64,000 nucleotides of DNA from Batkoa obscura (GCA_030770535.1 JASVEC010000025.1:434001-498000), one strand, 5' to 3'; shown: positions 1 through 13,713, counted from the stretch's first letter. Numbers and translations: made by a program. Notes: generated by a model from the letters alone, not told the origin.

Positions 1-1073
1 TAACAAGTAACAATGTATAAAATTGAGATTACTTTAAAAAGAAAAGTGAACTAGTATAGATATTATTGTAATTATTCTAATGAAAATATTATATTATATT
101 ATAAAATACAGATTAAAATAAAATAAATGACAATGATAAAATAGATACTTTGAAATAATACAAATAATGTAAACATTAGCTAAAAATTAAAACTAAATAG
201 ATTTTATTGTAAAAAATAGAAAAGAATATCCAATCCTTTTCAATCTTTAACACTCGTTTAATAATTATATTCTTCTTCTTCTTCACTATAATCATCGCGA
301 TATTCTTTCTTTGGCTTATCTTTCTTTGGCTTATCATGCTTTGGTTTATCATGCTTTGGTTTATCATGCTTTTTATCCTCGTATTCACCAGTTGGAGTAG
401 GCTTTTTATCCTTGTAGTCACCAGTTGGAGTAGGCTTTTTATCCTTGTAGTCGCCAGTTGGAACAGGCTTTTTATCTTTATAGTCACCAGTTGGAACAGG
501 CTTTTTATCCTTGTAGTCACCAGTTGGAACAGGCTTTTTGTCTTTGTATTCACCGGTTGGAATAGGTTTAGGACAAGCTGATACCACCTTTGTTTTATAA
601 ACAACTTTAGTTACTGTTTTAGCATTACATGGTTTTGATGGTTTATGTTGTTGATATGGGTCATTATTATCCTCATAATTGTAATCATTACGAGCAGAGA
701 CAGCAGAGACAGCAAGAACAAGGGCAATTAAACTAAAGTATTTCATTTCAAATGAATATTAATTATTATCAAAATAAAATTTATCGAATTTTAATTATTT
801 TGGAATTTATTTATACTTTATTTATACTATTTTTCAAAAAAGTAATATTATTTATTTATAGAACTTTATTAATTTATTTGTTATCACATTTACCTTTTTA
901 ATTATTTTATTATCGCATTTACTTTATTTAAATTAATTTTCTATTTTGATTAAATTATTTATTCTGCACGATTATATTGTTCTATTTCAATCTAATTCAA
1001 CTAATATATTTTCATACTTACCTGTTAAATATTTTTATTAAGTACTTTTTGTATTCAATTTCAATATATTTGT
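1..1073. repeat. Left arm of apparently perfect inverted duplication (partner 1516..2588); runs off the window start
   Basis: Position x pairs with 2589-x at every spot checked; pairing stops at 1073/1516, leaving a 442-bp unique spacer. Confidence 0.95.
258..746 (-). CDS. Secreted Lys/Pro/Asp-rich repeat protein, 162 aa (copy 1)
   Basis: Hydrophobic signal peptide MKYFSLIALVLAVSAVSA; 6x P(I/V/T)PTG(D/E)Y(K/E)DKK; HDKPK repeats; acidic tail; identical to 1843..2331. Confidence 0.9.
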   Translation of the reverse strand: MKYFSLIALVLAVSAVSARNDYNYEDNNDPYQQHKPSKPCNAKTVTKVVYKTKVVSACPKPIPTGEYKDKKPVPTGDYKDKKPVPTGDYKDKKPVPTGDYKDKKPTPTGDYKDKKPTPTGEYEDKKHDKPKHDKPKHDKPKKDKPKKEYRDDYSEEEEEYNY

Positions 1074-1515
1074 ACCTTTTTTTTAATCAATTAGCCAATT
1101 AATCTTGAATATAAATAGAAACTGAAGTTTTGTATTTTGAATTTATAATAATTTGTTTCTTAAATAACACCAAAAATATAGCTATAGTGTACTGCCATAC
1201 AGTGTATAAACAGTGCTATATATCTATGGTATGAAAATAAAATATTTTGTTTTTAGCCTGGTGTTTATACTTAAAAGCATTAATTGGTCCATATTTTAAT
1301 ACATTTTTAATTAAGCTGTATATCTTGATGTATAATAGTATATATTTTTTAAGTAAGCTGATAGACATTTAATCAAATTAAAATATAAGTTTGATTGAAC
1401 TTATAAAAACAATTTATTGACAAGGATAGCTAAATAATCAAAAATCAGGATTTTCCCATTGACAATAGCGTGCTAGTTATTTAACATGAATATAACAATA
1501 TAAAACAAATATAAA

Positions 1516-2588
1516 ACAAATATATTGAAATTGAATACAAAAAGTACTTAATAAAAATATTTAACAGGTAAGTATGAAAATATATTAGTTGAATTAGATT
1601 GAAATAGAACAATATAATCGTGCAGAATAAATAATTTAATCAAAATAGAAAATTAATTTAAATAAAGTAAATGCGATAATAAAATAATTAAAAAGGTAAA
1701 TGTGATAACAAATAAATTAATAAAGTTCTATAAATAAATAATATTACTTTTTTGAAAAATAGTATAAATAAAGTATAAATAAATTCCAAAATAATTAAAA
1801 TTCGATAAATTTTATTTTGATAATAATTAATATTCATTTGAAATGAAATACTTTAGTTTAATTGCCCTTGTTCTTGCTGTCTCTGCTGTCTCTGCTCGTA
1901 ATGATTACAATTATGAGGATAATAATGACCCATATCAACAACATAAACCATCAAAACCATGTAATGCTAAAACAGTAACTAAAGTTGTTTATAAAACAAA
2001 GGTGGTATCAGCTTGTCCTAAACCTATTCCAACCGGTGAATACAAAGACAAAAAGCCTGTTCCAACTGGTGACTACAAGGATAAAAAGCCTGTTCCAACT
2101 GGTGACTATAAAGATAAAAAGCCTGTTCCAACTGGCGACTACAAGGATAAAAAGCCTACTCCAACTGGTGACTACAAGGATAAAAAGCCTACTCCAACTG
2201 GTGAATACGAGGATAAAAAGCATGATAAACCAAAGCATGATAAACCAAAGCATGATAAGCCAAAGAAAGATAAGCCAAAGAAAGAATATCGCGATGATTA
2301 TAGTGAAGAAGAAGAAGAATATAATTATTAAACGAGTGTTAAAGATTGAAAAGGATTGGATATTCTTTTCTATTTTTTACAATAAAATCTATTTAGTTTT
2401 AATTTTTAGCTAATGTTTACATTATTTGTATTATTTCAAAGTATCTATTTTATCATTGTCATTTATTTTATTTTAATCTGTATTTTATAATATAATATAA
2501 TATTTTCATTAGAATAATTACAATAATATCTATACTAGTTCACTTTTCTTTTTAAAGTAATCTCAATTTTATACATTGTTACTTGTTA
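1516..2588. repeat. Right arm of inverted duplication (partner 1..1073)
   Basis: Reverse complement of 1..1073. Confidence 0.95.
1843..2331 (+). CDS. Secreted Lys/Pro/Asp-rich repeat protein, 162 aa (copy 2)
   Basis: Same translation as 258..746; 33-bp units at 2023..2220 and 15-bp units at 2221..2280. Confidence 0.9.
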   Translation: MKYFSLIALVLAVSAVSARNDYNYEDNNDPYQQHKPSKPCNAKTVTKVVYKTKVVSACPKPIPTGEYKDKKPVPTGDYKDKKPVPTGDYKDKKPVPTGDYKDKKPTPTGDYKDKKPTPTGEYEDKKHDKPKHDKPKHDKPKKDKPKKEYRDDYSEEEEEYNY

Positions 2589-3012
2589 CATAAATGTTTA
2601 TGTTCTTATGCTTATATATATGAAAACTTGTTGTATCATATAATATTTTTAAATTTTTTGTTTGTTGACTTTGTCTTTTTGAGTTTTTTAGAGTTAAACT
2701 CACAGTTGACTTTTTTATAATCATTTGCACCAAATGAACATGAAAGACTGAAAAAAGTTTGGTGTTCTTCTTTACCTTATGTGATAGTTTTATCAAATCT
2801 CGGTTTATACATTTTATTTTTAAGCAGATTTAATTTTTAATTGGGCTTTGCGTTTTTCCCACGCTTGAATTCTCTAGTGTGTTAGCTGCCTGATGAGATA
2901 CATATTTTAAAGCAATAAACCAGCATCTATGACTTTAATAATATATTTTCAATTTATTCAAAAAAAGGAACAGATGAAAATAGGCGTTCATCTTGAGCTC
3001 TTACTCTCCACT

Positions 3013-3930
3013 TCACGAATTTCGTTTAAATTTATCTTTTACACTCTTAATTAATAACTTAAGTTGGTGGTTGACCCCTGTATGACTAGTCATAACCAAT
3101 ACTGAATTAAAGAAAAACCCAAAGGTAAAGAGCACCGAGCCGGTTGTTCCAATAGCAAATTGCTGTGACTTGGTGTTATCGCTATAATATGCAACTAAAA
3201 TAGTATCAATGAGATACATAACATTACCAAAAAACATGTTGATTGAGTATAATGCCAAAACCAAATATACTTTTAATGAGACACTTCTTCTATTCCATGG
3301 AGTTTTAAATCCTGCATTTTTATCATTTCGTCCGGTTGGATCCAAATTAATAAAAGCTGGTATTTTATTTGTCATCATCGCTAGCTTACTGTAGCAGTAA
3401 ATAATGATTGTCAAATGAATAACACAAGATATTAAAAAGTGATAAAAAGTGATCTGTGATAACAAAGATTGGCTAGGATAAACCAAACATACTAATTTAG
3501 CTACTTGAGACATTAACTCATTCTTAATGCATAAAATAATCAATAATATAAAATTCAAAAGAAGTGATACCATACTAGGTATAAACCACTTTACTGAATA
3601 ATTCCACTTGAACATCTTATTAACTCTTTCCATCGCCAAAAAAGTTGAGACTATGATTTGGGAGTGCACTAATAACACAGTAAAGAAACCGAAAAATTGG
3701 CATAAGGTTGGGTCATTTACAGAATCATCGCCTCGAACTGTTGTCAATATAGGATCTACAAGTGAGATAAGCGGGGACATTAGCTCAATAACTGCAATAG
3801 TGATAATTAATTGAAGATCTCGACTAAATGGACGGATTCGTGTAGTTAAATAAATTAATAGGATATTGGCTACAAAACTAAAAAAAGCTGTTGTACTGCA
3901 TAAATATGTAATTTCATTTTCGTTAATCAT
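3013..3930 (-). CDS. Seven-transmembrane, class A-like GPCR, 305 aa, intronless
   Basis: About seven hydrophobic segments; Cys at the start of TM3 (LCQFFGF); DRY-like LAMER; Cys in the predicted ECL2. Confidence 0.75.
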   Translation of the reverse strand: MINENEITYLCSTTAFFSFVANILLIYLTTRIRPFSRDLQLIITIAVIELMSPLISLVDPILTTVRGDDSVNDPTLCQFFGFFTVLLVHSQIIVSTFLAMERVNKMFKWNYSVKWFIPSMVSLLLNFILLIILCIKNELMSQVAKLVCLVYPSQSLLSQITFYHFLISCVIHLTIIIYCYSKLAMMTNKIPAFINLDPTGRNDKNAGFKTPWNRRSVSLKVYLVLALYSINMFFGNVMYLIDTILVAYYSDNTKSQQFAIGTTGSVLFTFGFFFNSVLVMTSHTGVNHQLKLLIKSVKDKFKRNS

Positions 3931-4585
3931 CTTTGAATAAAAAAGTATTTTTTTAAAATATTTAAATGTCGTCTTCCTATAGTTTTTATACTTTTTAATA
4001 TGTTCTTTTTACTTTTGGTTTAAATAAAAATAATTTGTAACTACTTTATTTAGTAATAGGATCTGGTTTTTTGGTTACTCAATATAAATTAATAAATTTT
4101 AGTAATATTTATAGCATTTTATTATCTTAGACTTGTCACAAAGATAAAGAGAACAGAGCTTCCAATATCAAAGCCAATGAAGTTCAACTTTGTTATTGTT
4201 TCTTATACCAAAAAACATAGTTTATTCCCTATACTATTGGGTTTGATAAAAATCCAAGTTTACTCTAGACTACAATTTTGGATTTACTACTAAGAATAAA
4301 AATAGTAAGAGAAATTTAAAGGATATTGCTCTTACGACTCTTTTGCGACCTAATTGTTTGCTCATTTGAGGGAAGAAAAAGTTGAAAGTTGAGTAAAAAA
4401 TAAAACCAGCGTTTAAAATGTTGACTGTATAAATAAGTTAATTGTAAAAACTTCTGCTAAAGAAGTCGCAAAAGAGCTGCAACAGTAGCAAGTAAACTAA
4501 AACTAAAGCTTAAATTAAAATTTTTTACCTTATAAATGTTAAATGGAGCTTTCCTTCAATATTAATAATATAAAACTCACTAGAT

Positions 4586-4684
4586 GGGGATGTATTTCTT
4601 TGTTTAAGAATTTTACTAACAATCTTTCTGCTCAAATAGTGCTTAAAAAATGGAAAAAGTAATGAAACCAAAAAAAACATCCTC
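4586..4684 (+). mobile_element. ~99-bp MITE copy 1 (+ defined as starting GGGGATGTATTT)
   Basis: Matches family consensus; flanks AGAT/AAAT. Confidence 0.9.
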
Positions 4685-5386
4685 AAATATCGCTATCGTT
4701 TTAACCAATTTTTATGAAATAATAAATAATTATATGTATACATAGCTGTAAGTGTAAACTATCAAATGTGTAAGCAAGATTAGTTTATAATTTTAATAAG
4801 GTAACGAAATTAATAAACTGAAAACCCGGTTATTATTTTTTAAAAACCTTAAGGTTGACCTTTTAATCGTATAGGTTAAAACAAGTTATAATCTTTTTGC
4901 AATAATTATTTTTACCACATTAATGGTAATAGTAAATAATAAATGGTATTAATAGACAAGAAGCCTTAGATCAAAAAGAAAAATTGGTATGATTTAACAT
5001 AAGTTAAAAAATTGTTTATGGGATGCAAAATTGATTTGAAAAACTTGTTTAAGAACGTATGTCCACATCAATAGTTTTATTTGAAATAATTAACTAATGG
5101 GTAAAAAGGTCATAGTAGCAATGTAAAAGATAAATACCGTTGGGCAAAGCTAAGTCTATGTTTATTAGTAAGAAATAAAATAAAAAATAAAAAATAATAA
5201 AACTGTTTTTTTATTATTAGTTTATTTTCGATAAAGCCTCGCTTTTATTTATCATATATGTATTTTTAATACTATTTATCAAGCAAGCATATCTATTGGT
5301 TTTTTAAAAATATTACTTGTATTAAACTCATTAAATTATAATTGGAATAGTTTATTTTAAATAAAGATTATTATCAACAAATACAT

Positions 5387-5483
5387 GGGGATGTTTTTAT
5401 TTTATTTTATCACTTTTTCTATTTTTAAGCGCTATTTGAGCAGAGAGATTGTTAGTAAAATTCTTAAACAAAAAATACACCCC
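5387..5483 (-). mobile_element. MITE copy 2
   Basis: Reverse-complement match; flanks ACAT/ATAT. Confidence 0.9.
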
Positions 5484-7303
5484 ATATTATTGAAATTTAT
5501 TAAAATCAAATAAACTCTTTATAATGCAAAATTTCATAATTGGGATATTTTACTACCTTAATGCTATTCGTTTAATAAATTTTTTATAACAGCTACCATA
5601 AAAAAGAGTTAGTTCCATTTGATTATTTTTGATCAATTTTATCTCAAGTCTTGCCATTAATATTTATTCTTTGGTATTATGGACTATTTATTCTAGACAA
5701 AACTATCATTTTTAGAAGAGCTCAAAATTTCTAATGGCATTTTTTTTGCACACAAGATCGCTTAGATCAATAATTTCCTAAGACTATGGCACGGATGTTT
5801 GTTAATAGATAAGGACGTGGAGCTTTCAAAAATTGGTCTATGTCTGCTTTGGACCAATTATTAGAACTTATATTGTTAATAAGCCACTCAGGAATTTTCT
5901 CAAGGGCTTTTTAAAAAAGTAATAGATATCAGAGCTCAAATAATACATCATACATAAAAAGTAAAAAATGATCATAGTTTTTTTCAATATTTTTTAAACG
6001 TAAAACTACACTAAAATATTATCAAAATAGCAGCATTTATCAAATTTTTTAAACTTAATAAAAGTGATTAAATTACAGTAAAATAAATACAGTATTCTTT
6101 TTAAAATATTGGGTTCCTAATTAAAAGTCGGGATATACTGAGATCAATTATATAAATCAACACTCAATAAAAGGATGACATTTAGCCAACTAAGCTTTGA
6201 ACCTGTAAAGTTAGCCTGGTATTTAATAGTTTTGCCTCAAATATAACTGATTAGATTTTAATAAATTAATTTAAACTAAAAACGTATAGATAGATAGAAA
6301 AATAGAAAAATAGAAAAATAAACAGTTTCCGATTATTGAACATACCACTTACGATAATACAAAAAACACTTACTCATTTATGTCCAAAAGACACAAAAAA
6401 AATTCACAATAAAATATTAAAAAAATTTAGACAGTAAAATGGAATCAAATTCCATTGTTTCTTTAAAGAATATCTTATTACTGAGAATTTTAACTAAATT
6501 AAATCATTGAGCAGAGCTATTTTCATATTAAAGTAACGATACTTTATAGTAACTTTAATTGCATTAAACCTAACATATATATCAATAAACAATAAAAAAC
6601 AATCCTCAAACTAAGTACTGAAAGAAGGAATAAAAATTAACTGAAAGGAGTTAAAAAAAAGGAACAACTTTTTTTCAGTTGGATGGAGCTAAAATAAATT
6701 TCAAATATTTATAAGGCATTTGAAAATTTGATTTTATTGACAACCAAATAATAGATTGGCTCACTTGGACTGATTGGGGTAATCTCCACTTGCTAATTAA
6801 AGGGGAAAAATAGCGAGAAAGAAATGAAAGTTTCCTTTTTTTATTTTATATTAAATCAGGTTTATTTCTCGGGTTTGGGGGAGAAATAAATGTATATTAG
6901 AAACATTTAATGTTTTAATGTTAAATAATAGATAACTATTTATGTTATTTGAACATAATTAATAACAATGGTTAATTAATAAAACAAAACAAATAAGCAC
7001 TGTTAATATATACAAATTAAAAAAAAGTAATCAAAGATTTAAAAAATTAACTTAAAATAGATCAAGTTTCCCAAAAAAAGATAAAAATAACTACAGGTTA
7101 ACTTAAGGGAGAAGCTCATTAATAAATAATTAAAAACTCAAGGGTTGGATAACTATTATTAATATTAATAACCGGTATATCTTAGCTGAGTTAATCTGGT
7201 GCTAATAAATAAACAAGACTTAAAAGGAGGATATCATGATTAATAAAGATACATATAAATATACAAAAAATAGAATCCAAAAGTTTTATTTTTGTAACAT
7301 ATC

Positions 7304-8965
7304 ATGATTACTTTGATTCAATTCAAATCTATACTTTTAAGTTTATCCTATTGGAATTATCTCTGCTTCTTTATTTCCTTATGGCTCTGTTTAGTCATCT
7401 ATAATCTATACTTCTCCCCTTGCGCGCATATACCCGGACCATTAGCCAGTCAACTGAACCCCTTTACTGACTTATATTACATGATCCGTGGTGATTTCCA
7501 TGTGTATGTTACTGATTTACACCATCTCTATGGCCCGGTAATACGTTTAGGTAAATGCATTACCATCAACTATCTAACAAATAGCTAACTTTACTTTAGG
7601 ATTTGATCGCATTTGTATTAATGACCCAGAAGCATGGAAGCAGATCCATAACAATTATAAGTTTTCAAAAACTAGTTTCTATGACCATATGCGCACTGTG
7701 GGTTGGTCAATGATCTCGATCAAAGATCGTAATCAACATGCTGGAAGGAGAAGAACAGTGGCTAAGGCATTTAGTGAGAGCAATATATTAAATTTGGAAG
7801 CTACCGTGATTCAAAGTGGGATCAGTAAGTTGGTCAATAAACTCAAAAAATCAAACGGAAAAATTGTAGATATGTCTAAAGAATTCTTATACTTGGCTTA
7901 TGTAAGTATTTTAATAAAGTTGTTTCTATTAATATTAAAATCACTATTTAATAGGATGTGATTGGAAAATTAGTGTTCAGTAAAGACTTTAATTTATTGG
8001 ATGGTTACAACCATGATATCTTGATATGGATACGTAGCTTATTAATTTTTGTGGTCTTAAATGCAGTTTTACCACCAGTAAGATTGATTGGAAATCCATA
8101 CTATCGAAAGCTAGCTTACGTAAGTTTGTCATGTAAAAGTCTGTGATCTTGTACTAAATCTTCAATTTTAGATGGCCAAAGACGCTATTTTACAACGTAG
8201 ACAGATGATTGAAAACGGCGAAGAAGCCCCTACTGACTTACTCAACTCTTTAGTTCATGCTAAAGATCCAGTAACGGATGAACATATACCCATGTTAGAC
8301 CTTATGGAGGAATGTGCTGAATTATTGTAATTTTATTTTCTATATTCTAGTAGATCAAAATACTTATAATTGATAGATTGGGAGGAAGTGACACTACCGG
8401 AAATTCATTAACTTGGTGTTTATACTTGATATTAAAGAACAGTGAGGCTAGAATCAAGATGGAGAATGAAATCGCTGCTCAATTTCCAGATAAAACAAAG
8501 ACGATCAAGTATAAAGAAATCCAAAAGAATCTCCCATACTTCCAATTGGTCTTAAAGGAATGTATGCGCTATTATCCAGTAGCTTCCCATCCAATGTTAC
8601 GCAGTGTACCAAAGGAAGGGGTTACCATCAAAGATATCTATATCCCAGGGAACTATGAGGTTATCACCAATTGTTATGCTATCCACCATAATGAAAACTA
8701 TTGGAAAGATCCCGAAAAGTTTGATCCAGAACGTTTCAATAATCCTAAAGAGAATGATTTGAGTGCTTATCTACCCTTTTCTTCCGGTCCACGTGGCTGT
8801 GTAGGAAGAAATTTAGCTAATTTGGAAATGATGCTTACCTTGGTTAACTTGTTTCATAAGTTTAATATCACTTTAGTTAATAAGGAAGATTTGACCCCCG
8901 CCTGCCATATTGTCCTTCACCCCAAAGGTCATCAACCCTTTTGGGTCTCTTTTACTGAAAAATAA
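7304..8965 (+). CDS. Cytochrome P450; exons 7304-7550, 7600-7901, 7955-8119, 8172-8326, 8377-8965
   Basis: N-terminal TM plus PGP; I-helix GGSDTT; ExxR (ECMR); PERF; heme motif FSSGPRGCVG; four GT-AG introns restore one frame. Confidence 0.93.
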
Positions 8966-10821
8966 GCCTAGTCTTATTTTTATAATTTTCTCATGTTCAT
9001 CTTATCTCTGATGAATTATCTAGTCTATACTTTAATCTTGTAATATAATTTTGTAAATAAAATCTGTGCTACTCAATGTTATAATATGGATATATTTAAA
9101 AAAAAATTAATTCATTAAAACAACACTATTAAAACCATATAAACTTTTAAAGGACAATAAAAAGTAGGGAATTCGATCCATTGCAAAATTAAAATAAACG
9201 ATCCTTTATCAGTCATAAATCAGACCGAACAACCGGAGTAAATACTTTTTATGTTCTATTAGCATTTAAATTTAAAAGTCAAGAGCATTTTTTTGTTCTT
9301 GACTAAATTCAAATCAAATCTTCAAACTTCTAATGAAAGCCCAATTTTCAAAGCTATAAAACCCAGCTTTTTAAACTAAGCCCAAATTTCAAAAAAAAAT
9401 TAAATTTTAAGGCCTTCATCTACCCAAGAAGATTTATTATTAGGTACTCGTAAACAACATTGTTTTGGTTGAAAAAACAAGAAAGATATCTGTGGGAAAA
9501 CTCAATACAACCCGATCTTCCTTTTTATTTAACACTGTTTTTAATTTCCCGCTTCTCTCTTCAACTCCACTTTTTTTCAACTTTTAGTTTAACTAAAATT
9601 CTCCTCCTCGCACTATCAATTTAGCTAACTCTTTTTTTCTCTCCTTTTTTTAAGCAGTTAACAAACTCGTGGCTTTTTGTATTTTTACTGCTTTTTGATT
9701 AACCTTTTTGTGACTCTAATGAATTTTTATTGGCTAAGTTTGTAGGGCGTATTTTTGCTCCAGTTGAAAATAGGGTGAAGCTTTAAAACTAAGCTTTATG
9801 ACTATTTTTTGTTGATATCATTATTTTATATTAATAGTTATTTACAAATATTATGATGTCTAGCTATGAATTGTTTTAATTTGCTATTTAAGTAATTTAG
9901 AATAAAATTTTAATAACTTTAATTTGAAATGTTTGAATTAAATTGACATCCTTAAACTCCAATAATAAGAAATAAGAAATCAAAACAAACTAACTATTAT
10001 AGCCAATACATTGCGTTAATATGTTTTAAAATATAGTTTTTACCTTTATAAAGTTGGAGTTATAAAACCATGGTAATAGTCTACAAATACTTTTATTGCT
10101 GCATAATAAAATTGTTTTCAATATCGGCGAATATTCTTTTTATTTTAATTAAAGCTTGACACAAATATATTATAATAAAATTAGATATTTTTGCTTTTAG
10201 TTTAAAAAAACTAATAAATAAAGTAATTCAGTTGTACAATTATAGTAATCCTTTGAATGACACTATAGTTATTCTTTTGTGATGATGCTACTGTCAATAT
10301 CTCTCTATAAATCTTAGTTTTCAATATATTTTACTAAATTTAAACTTTTACAATTAGAATCAATAGTAATAAAGATGTTTAACATTATTAGCATCTACCT
10401 GCGTTTATATTTTGTATAAATAACTTTTGGAATTAAAAACTTGTCAAGTTGTTTATACAGTGTTTTTACGTTTTAATATTTTAGCACTTATAGTTAAAGG
10501 TGCTGCTCAGTTACTATAATTAATACAATTGTTATGAGTGAAATTTATAACTGACAAACATAAGGTAGAAGACTATTTTCTTAAAAATCTTATTCAATTT
10601 TTCTGCAAGTGTATTAAAGAAATATGTAGTATAAAGGATATATATTATTTTAAAAAATACACCAAAGCTTTAAATATAATAAAAAAACGTTGATAGCTAC
10701 TTATTGTGTATTAAAAACTAATTAGTTTATTTGGTCAACAAATAAAAGCAAATCTAAATAAAAATTAGAAAAATAAAGATTGAGAGAACTTAAAAATGAG
10801 AGAAATCAAAAAATAAATAAC

Positions 10822-12489
10822 TTAACGTTGCTGAAAGATGATATCGAGCGGTGCATGACCCTTTGGGTGTAAAACAATGTAAGCAATAGATTCAAGCATT
10901 ACATTTTTATCCTTAAGCAAGATATCAAAGTTTAAAAAGAGAGCTACTAAAGTAAGGGACAACTCTAAGTTAGCTAAATTGCGTCCAATGCAAGATCGGG
11001 GACCAGAGGAAAAAGGAAGGAAAGCTTTAAGGTCATTCTTTTTACGATCATCAAAACGATCTGGATTGAACTTTTCAGGCTGATCCCAATAGCTTTCCGA
11101 GTGATGCATGGCATAGCAATTGGTAAAAAGTTCTGTATCCTCAGGCAAAAAATAGCCATTTAAAGTAAGTGCATGGGGAACTTTTCTTAACATTGGGTGG
11201 GAACCTACTGGATAGTAACGTAAGATTTCCTTTAAGACTTTTTGAAAATAAGGTAAGTCTTGAACAATCTTTTTGTAACTTAAAGGATCTTTGGTACTGG
11301 GAAATACTTGACGTATCTCCTTTTCTAATTTTACTTTAACTTCAGGGTGTTTGAGAATTAAATACAAAGCCCAAGTTAAAGTATGTCCAGTCGTGTCACT
11401 ACCTGCTAATCTATAAAAAATTATTTAATATTTAATTTTAGGTTATTCTATCATTATTACAGTAATTCAGCGCACTCCTCCATAAGGTCTACCATAGAAA
11501 TAGGTTCATCCGTTACTGGATCTTTAGCATAAATTAAAGAGTTAAGTAAGTCGTTGGGGACCTCTTCCCCATTTTCAATCATCTGCTTGCGTTGTAAAAT
11601 AGAATCTTTAGCCATCTAGAGAATATTAATAATTGCTAGTAATATCAAATAAAACATATTACAATAGCCAAATTTTTATAATAGGGATTGCCAAACAACC
11701 TTACTGGTGGTACCACCGCATTTAAAACCACAAAAACCATTAAGTTACGTATCCAATCTAGGATGGTGTGATAGGAACCACCTAAAAGATTGAAGTCTTT
11801 ACTGAACACTAATTTTCCAATCACATCCTATTAAAAATATTATTAAGATCAATAAAAATTATAGACTATAATTTTTTTACATAAGCTAAATAAATGAATT
11901 CTTTGGACATATCCACTGCATTCCCATTCAATTCTTTAAGCTTGTTTACTAACTTATTGACCCCACATTCAATAACAATAGCTTCCAATTTTAAAATATT
12001 ATTTTCACTAAAGGCTTTTGCAGCCGTTCTTCTTCTTGATGAATGTTGCTTACGATCCTTAATTGAAATCATGGACCATCCTACAGTGCGCATATGATTA
12101 TAAAAATTGGTTTTTTCAAATTTATAATTGTTATGAATTTGTTTCCAACTATCAACGTCATTAACGCTTATCTTATCTAAACCTAAAGTGAGCTTTTAAT
12201 AAATTTCAGGTTAAAAGCGATAACGATAATGCTTACTTATCCTTACCACAGGACCATAGATATTATGTAAGTTGGAGAGATGTATATGAAAAGTGCCATT
12301 AATCATAAAATAAAGATCATATAAAGGGATAATTCTAGATATAAAAGGTCCAGGTATGTGTTTGTAAGGGCTTAAATATAAACTGTAAACAATAAAAGAT
12401 AACCATGAAATAATAATTATAAAAAATAACAAAGTATAGTCTAAGTCGTATAATAAGTCTATAATAGGTTGATGCAGTAGTGACAGCAT
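10822..12489 (-). CDS. Cytochrome P450 paralogue; exons 12489-12237, 12182-11881, 11827-11663, 11615-11461, 11410-10822
   Basis: AGSDTT, EILR, PDRF, FSSGPRSCIG; same four intron positions as 7304..8965. Confidence 0.93.
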
Positions 12490-13713
12490 ATTAAGTTTCT
12501 AAAATAAAATATTCATACCATGAGTTTTTTTCGTTGGCTTTTATATAATAGTTTATCAAGTTAACGTTCAATATAATGCTTGGAATGGAAGTCAACGTTG
12601 TTTTAAGGTGTATTGAGTTAGCTAACAGTGAACTAAATCTTTACTTAATACATTAATTAATAGCGTGGTATGATTATCGGAAACTTTTAAACTACAACCA
12701 CTAATTTGGTAATCATACTTAAATTAAAATTCAGAATCTGACGTTAAAAGAAGGGGTGTATAAAAGAAAGTATTTTTGCTATTTTAAGTTGAAAAAGTTG
12801 TATCCTCTTTTCGGTTAGATGAGGCAATCGAATTTTTTAACTGGTATCGTGTTTATTTAAAATTATACCTATATGTCGATTTTTATATTGTATATGCTAT
12901 TTTTAAATATATATTCATTATGGCAATAGCTTGGGTTTTAATAACTAGATCAGCGCAACAGACTTGATCTTTTAGAGTTTAATTCCGCCAATGTGGCCTA
13001 ACTAATTTTGACACTTTGCTATCGTTTGCATTTGAAACTTCTAATTCAATATAAAATAAAGGGTGCGTTAGTGGTATTAAAAATAAAGGATATCAAAGTA
13101 ATCCTTCTGTTTTTAATACATTGTTTTTAATACATTGTTTTAATTATTTAACTCCTTTAATGTATTAACTAAGGATTTAATTTGATCTTTTCAACTTCAC
13201 TTAGTAATAAGTAAAGTAATTTATAAACAAATCCCTTTTTATTATTAAACAATGAATTAATTACATCTTACATTTACTTTTTAATAGAATGTTCGTTATG
13301 AATTTTAAAGGGCAGGTAAAAAGGTGTTCAAATGCTTAATTTTAGTTTCTATAATCTAGTTTACTCTTAAGGGTAATGTAACAGCAGTAAATTCAATAAT
13401 TTCATAGAAATTTTTATATTTCTAATCGACAACAGCGTATACAACTATATTTAAAGCCCTTTTAATCAAAGAATTCGTAAAAAAACTACATTTATTCATT
13501 TAATAATAATAAATTATTAATAATCACAATAAAAAAGTACAGTATTCGTAGTTTTATAATAACTTTTGAATAACGATCAACGTAAAAATATGACAATTTG
13601 AATGAGATTTTCTTTACTCGATAGCTTTTACACTACATACCTTTTAAAAATAAAAACCCTACAACTTATTTTATATAAGTTTACTATTATACTTTTGTTC
13701 TAAAAAAATATAT

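Noticed and set aside
176..604. Alternative-frame and antisense ORFs over the repeat gene (also 336..581, 1985..2413, 2008..2253)
   Set aside because: The stop-free 33-bp tandem unit keeps shadow frames open
2023..2220. CRISPR-like regular spacing, and DYKD resembling a FLAG tag
   Set aside because: Contiguous coding repeats with no unique spacers in a eukaryote; DYKDKK lacks the acidic FLAG tail and there is no vector context
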